Below, one piece after another: positions 63,390 to 64,000 of a stretch of DNA of 64,000 bases (its first letter is position 1; every line of letters begins with the position of its first letter). The notes under the pieces were generated by a model, which did not search any database, had not been told where the DNA came from, and worked only from the letters and a program-made list of their open reading frames with translations. Position numbers and translations under genes: made by a program. Origin of the DNA: Sphyrna mokarran (taxonomy: Eukaryota); assembly GCA_024679065.1 (NCBI GenBank), contig JAGIQG010000002.1, positions 130,138,001-130,202,000 on the forward strand. Reading direction: 5' to 3'.

Positions 63390-63557
63390 ACAATATCTGG
63401 AGTGTTTACGGACCACAGGGGGAATTGTTGGAAAAGCAAGGAAAGCTATCCGTACCTGCCTCTGAGGATGCGACGAACATTGGGCTCCCATATGTGTTCA
63501 GTGATATTACCACTTACTTCACCATGTTGGTTGGCATCTATTTCCCTTCCGTGACGG
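63390..63557 (+). CDS. SLC12A5: KCC exon 9 (168 nt, phase 1-1), end of extracellular loop and TM6
   Basis: tgccag|AC AAT ATC TGG...GTG ACG G|gtgaga; (D)NIWSVYGPQGELLEKQGKLSVPASEDATNIGLPYVFSDITTYFTMLVGIYFPSVT(G). Confidence 0.98.
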
Positions 63558-63824
63558 GTGAGATTTATGTTTCTGAAGTGACAGTGGAGTGTACGATTGT
63601 CGAGCAGTCCCTTGCATATGATTGTTACTTCCTTCGTCAAGCATAACAATACGTTGTAACCCTCATCAGGTTGTTTATACCTAGATACAGATTCAGCATG
63701 TCCAGGTTAAATAATTATTCCCTAACTATGGTAATTCTCATTGGCAATCACTAAAATAACAGCAGTTCCCTGATCCTTTTGAAAAGGAGTGCTTTTCTGA
63801 TGTGTATTTACAAGCTAAAATGGT

Positions 63825-64000
63825 GAATTTATTTGATTTGATTTATTATTGTCACATGTATTAATACACAATGAAAAATATTGTTTCTTGTGCCGTATAT
63901 GTATAAAGCATACCATTCATAGAGAAGGAAATGAGAGCGTGGGGTATGTAGTATCACAGTCATAGTAACTAGGGTGTAGAGAGATCAGTTTAATGCGAGG
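63825..64000 (-). mobile_element. Rex/Babar-like LINE 3' end (runs off the window)
   Basis: ATTTGATTTGATTTATTATTGTCACATGTA...; homologous to 25452 and 46180. Confidence 0.75.

Overview
This is eukaryotic, AT-rich, CpG-poor DNA from a cartilaginous fish, most likely a shark; the assignment is inferred from HE1/V-SINE, SacSINE-like and CR1 repeats. The whole window lies inside one + strand gene for a K-Cl cotransporter of the KCC2/KCC4 (SLC12A5/SLC12A7) clade. Eight coding exons, equivalent to human exons 2-9, can be read with canonical AG/GT boundaries and consistent phases (29414-63557). No first exon was recognised, so 1-29413 is probably intron 1, and the gene continues past the right edge. 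The rest is intronic and dominated by decayed retroelements: about 35 V-SINE copies, two other tRNA-SINE families, CR1, L2, Tx1 and Rex/Babar LINE fragments, Penelope-like pseudo-LTRs and a short MITE-like family. Nearly all ORF-track entries are noise or LINE remnants. No prokaryotic systems or CRISPR arrays are present. The most interesting observations are: (1) palindromic Penelope-like insertions with TSDs carrying minimal hammerhead-ribozyme motifs; (2) a V-SINE subfamily whose CR1-type tail is replaced by a hairpin tail resembling the Rex/Babar LINE 3' end found in the same window; (3) a candidate alternative terminal exon in intron 2; (4) a KCC2/KCC4 mosaic protein sequence. Exon coordinates were counted to the base; repeat coordinates are approximate (about +/-20 nt); family names come from recalled consensus motifs, not a database search.
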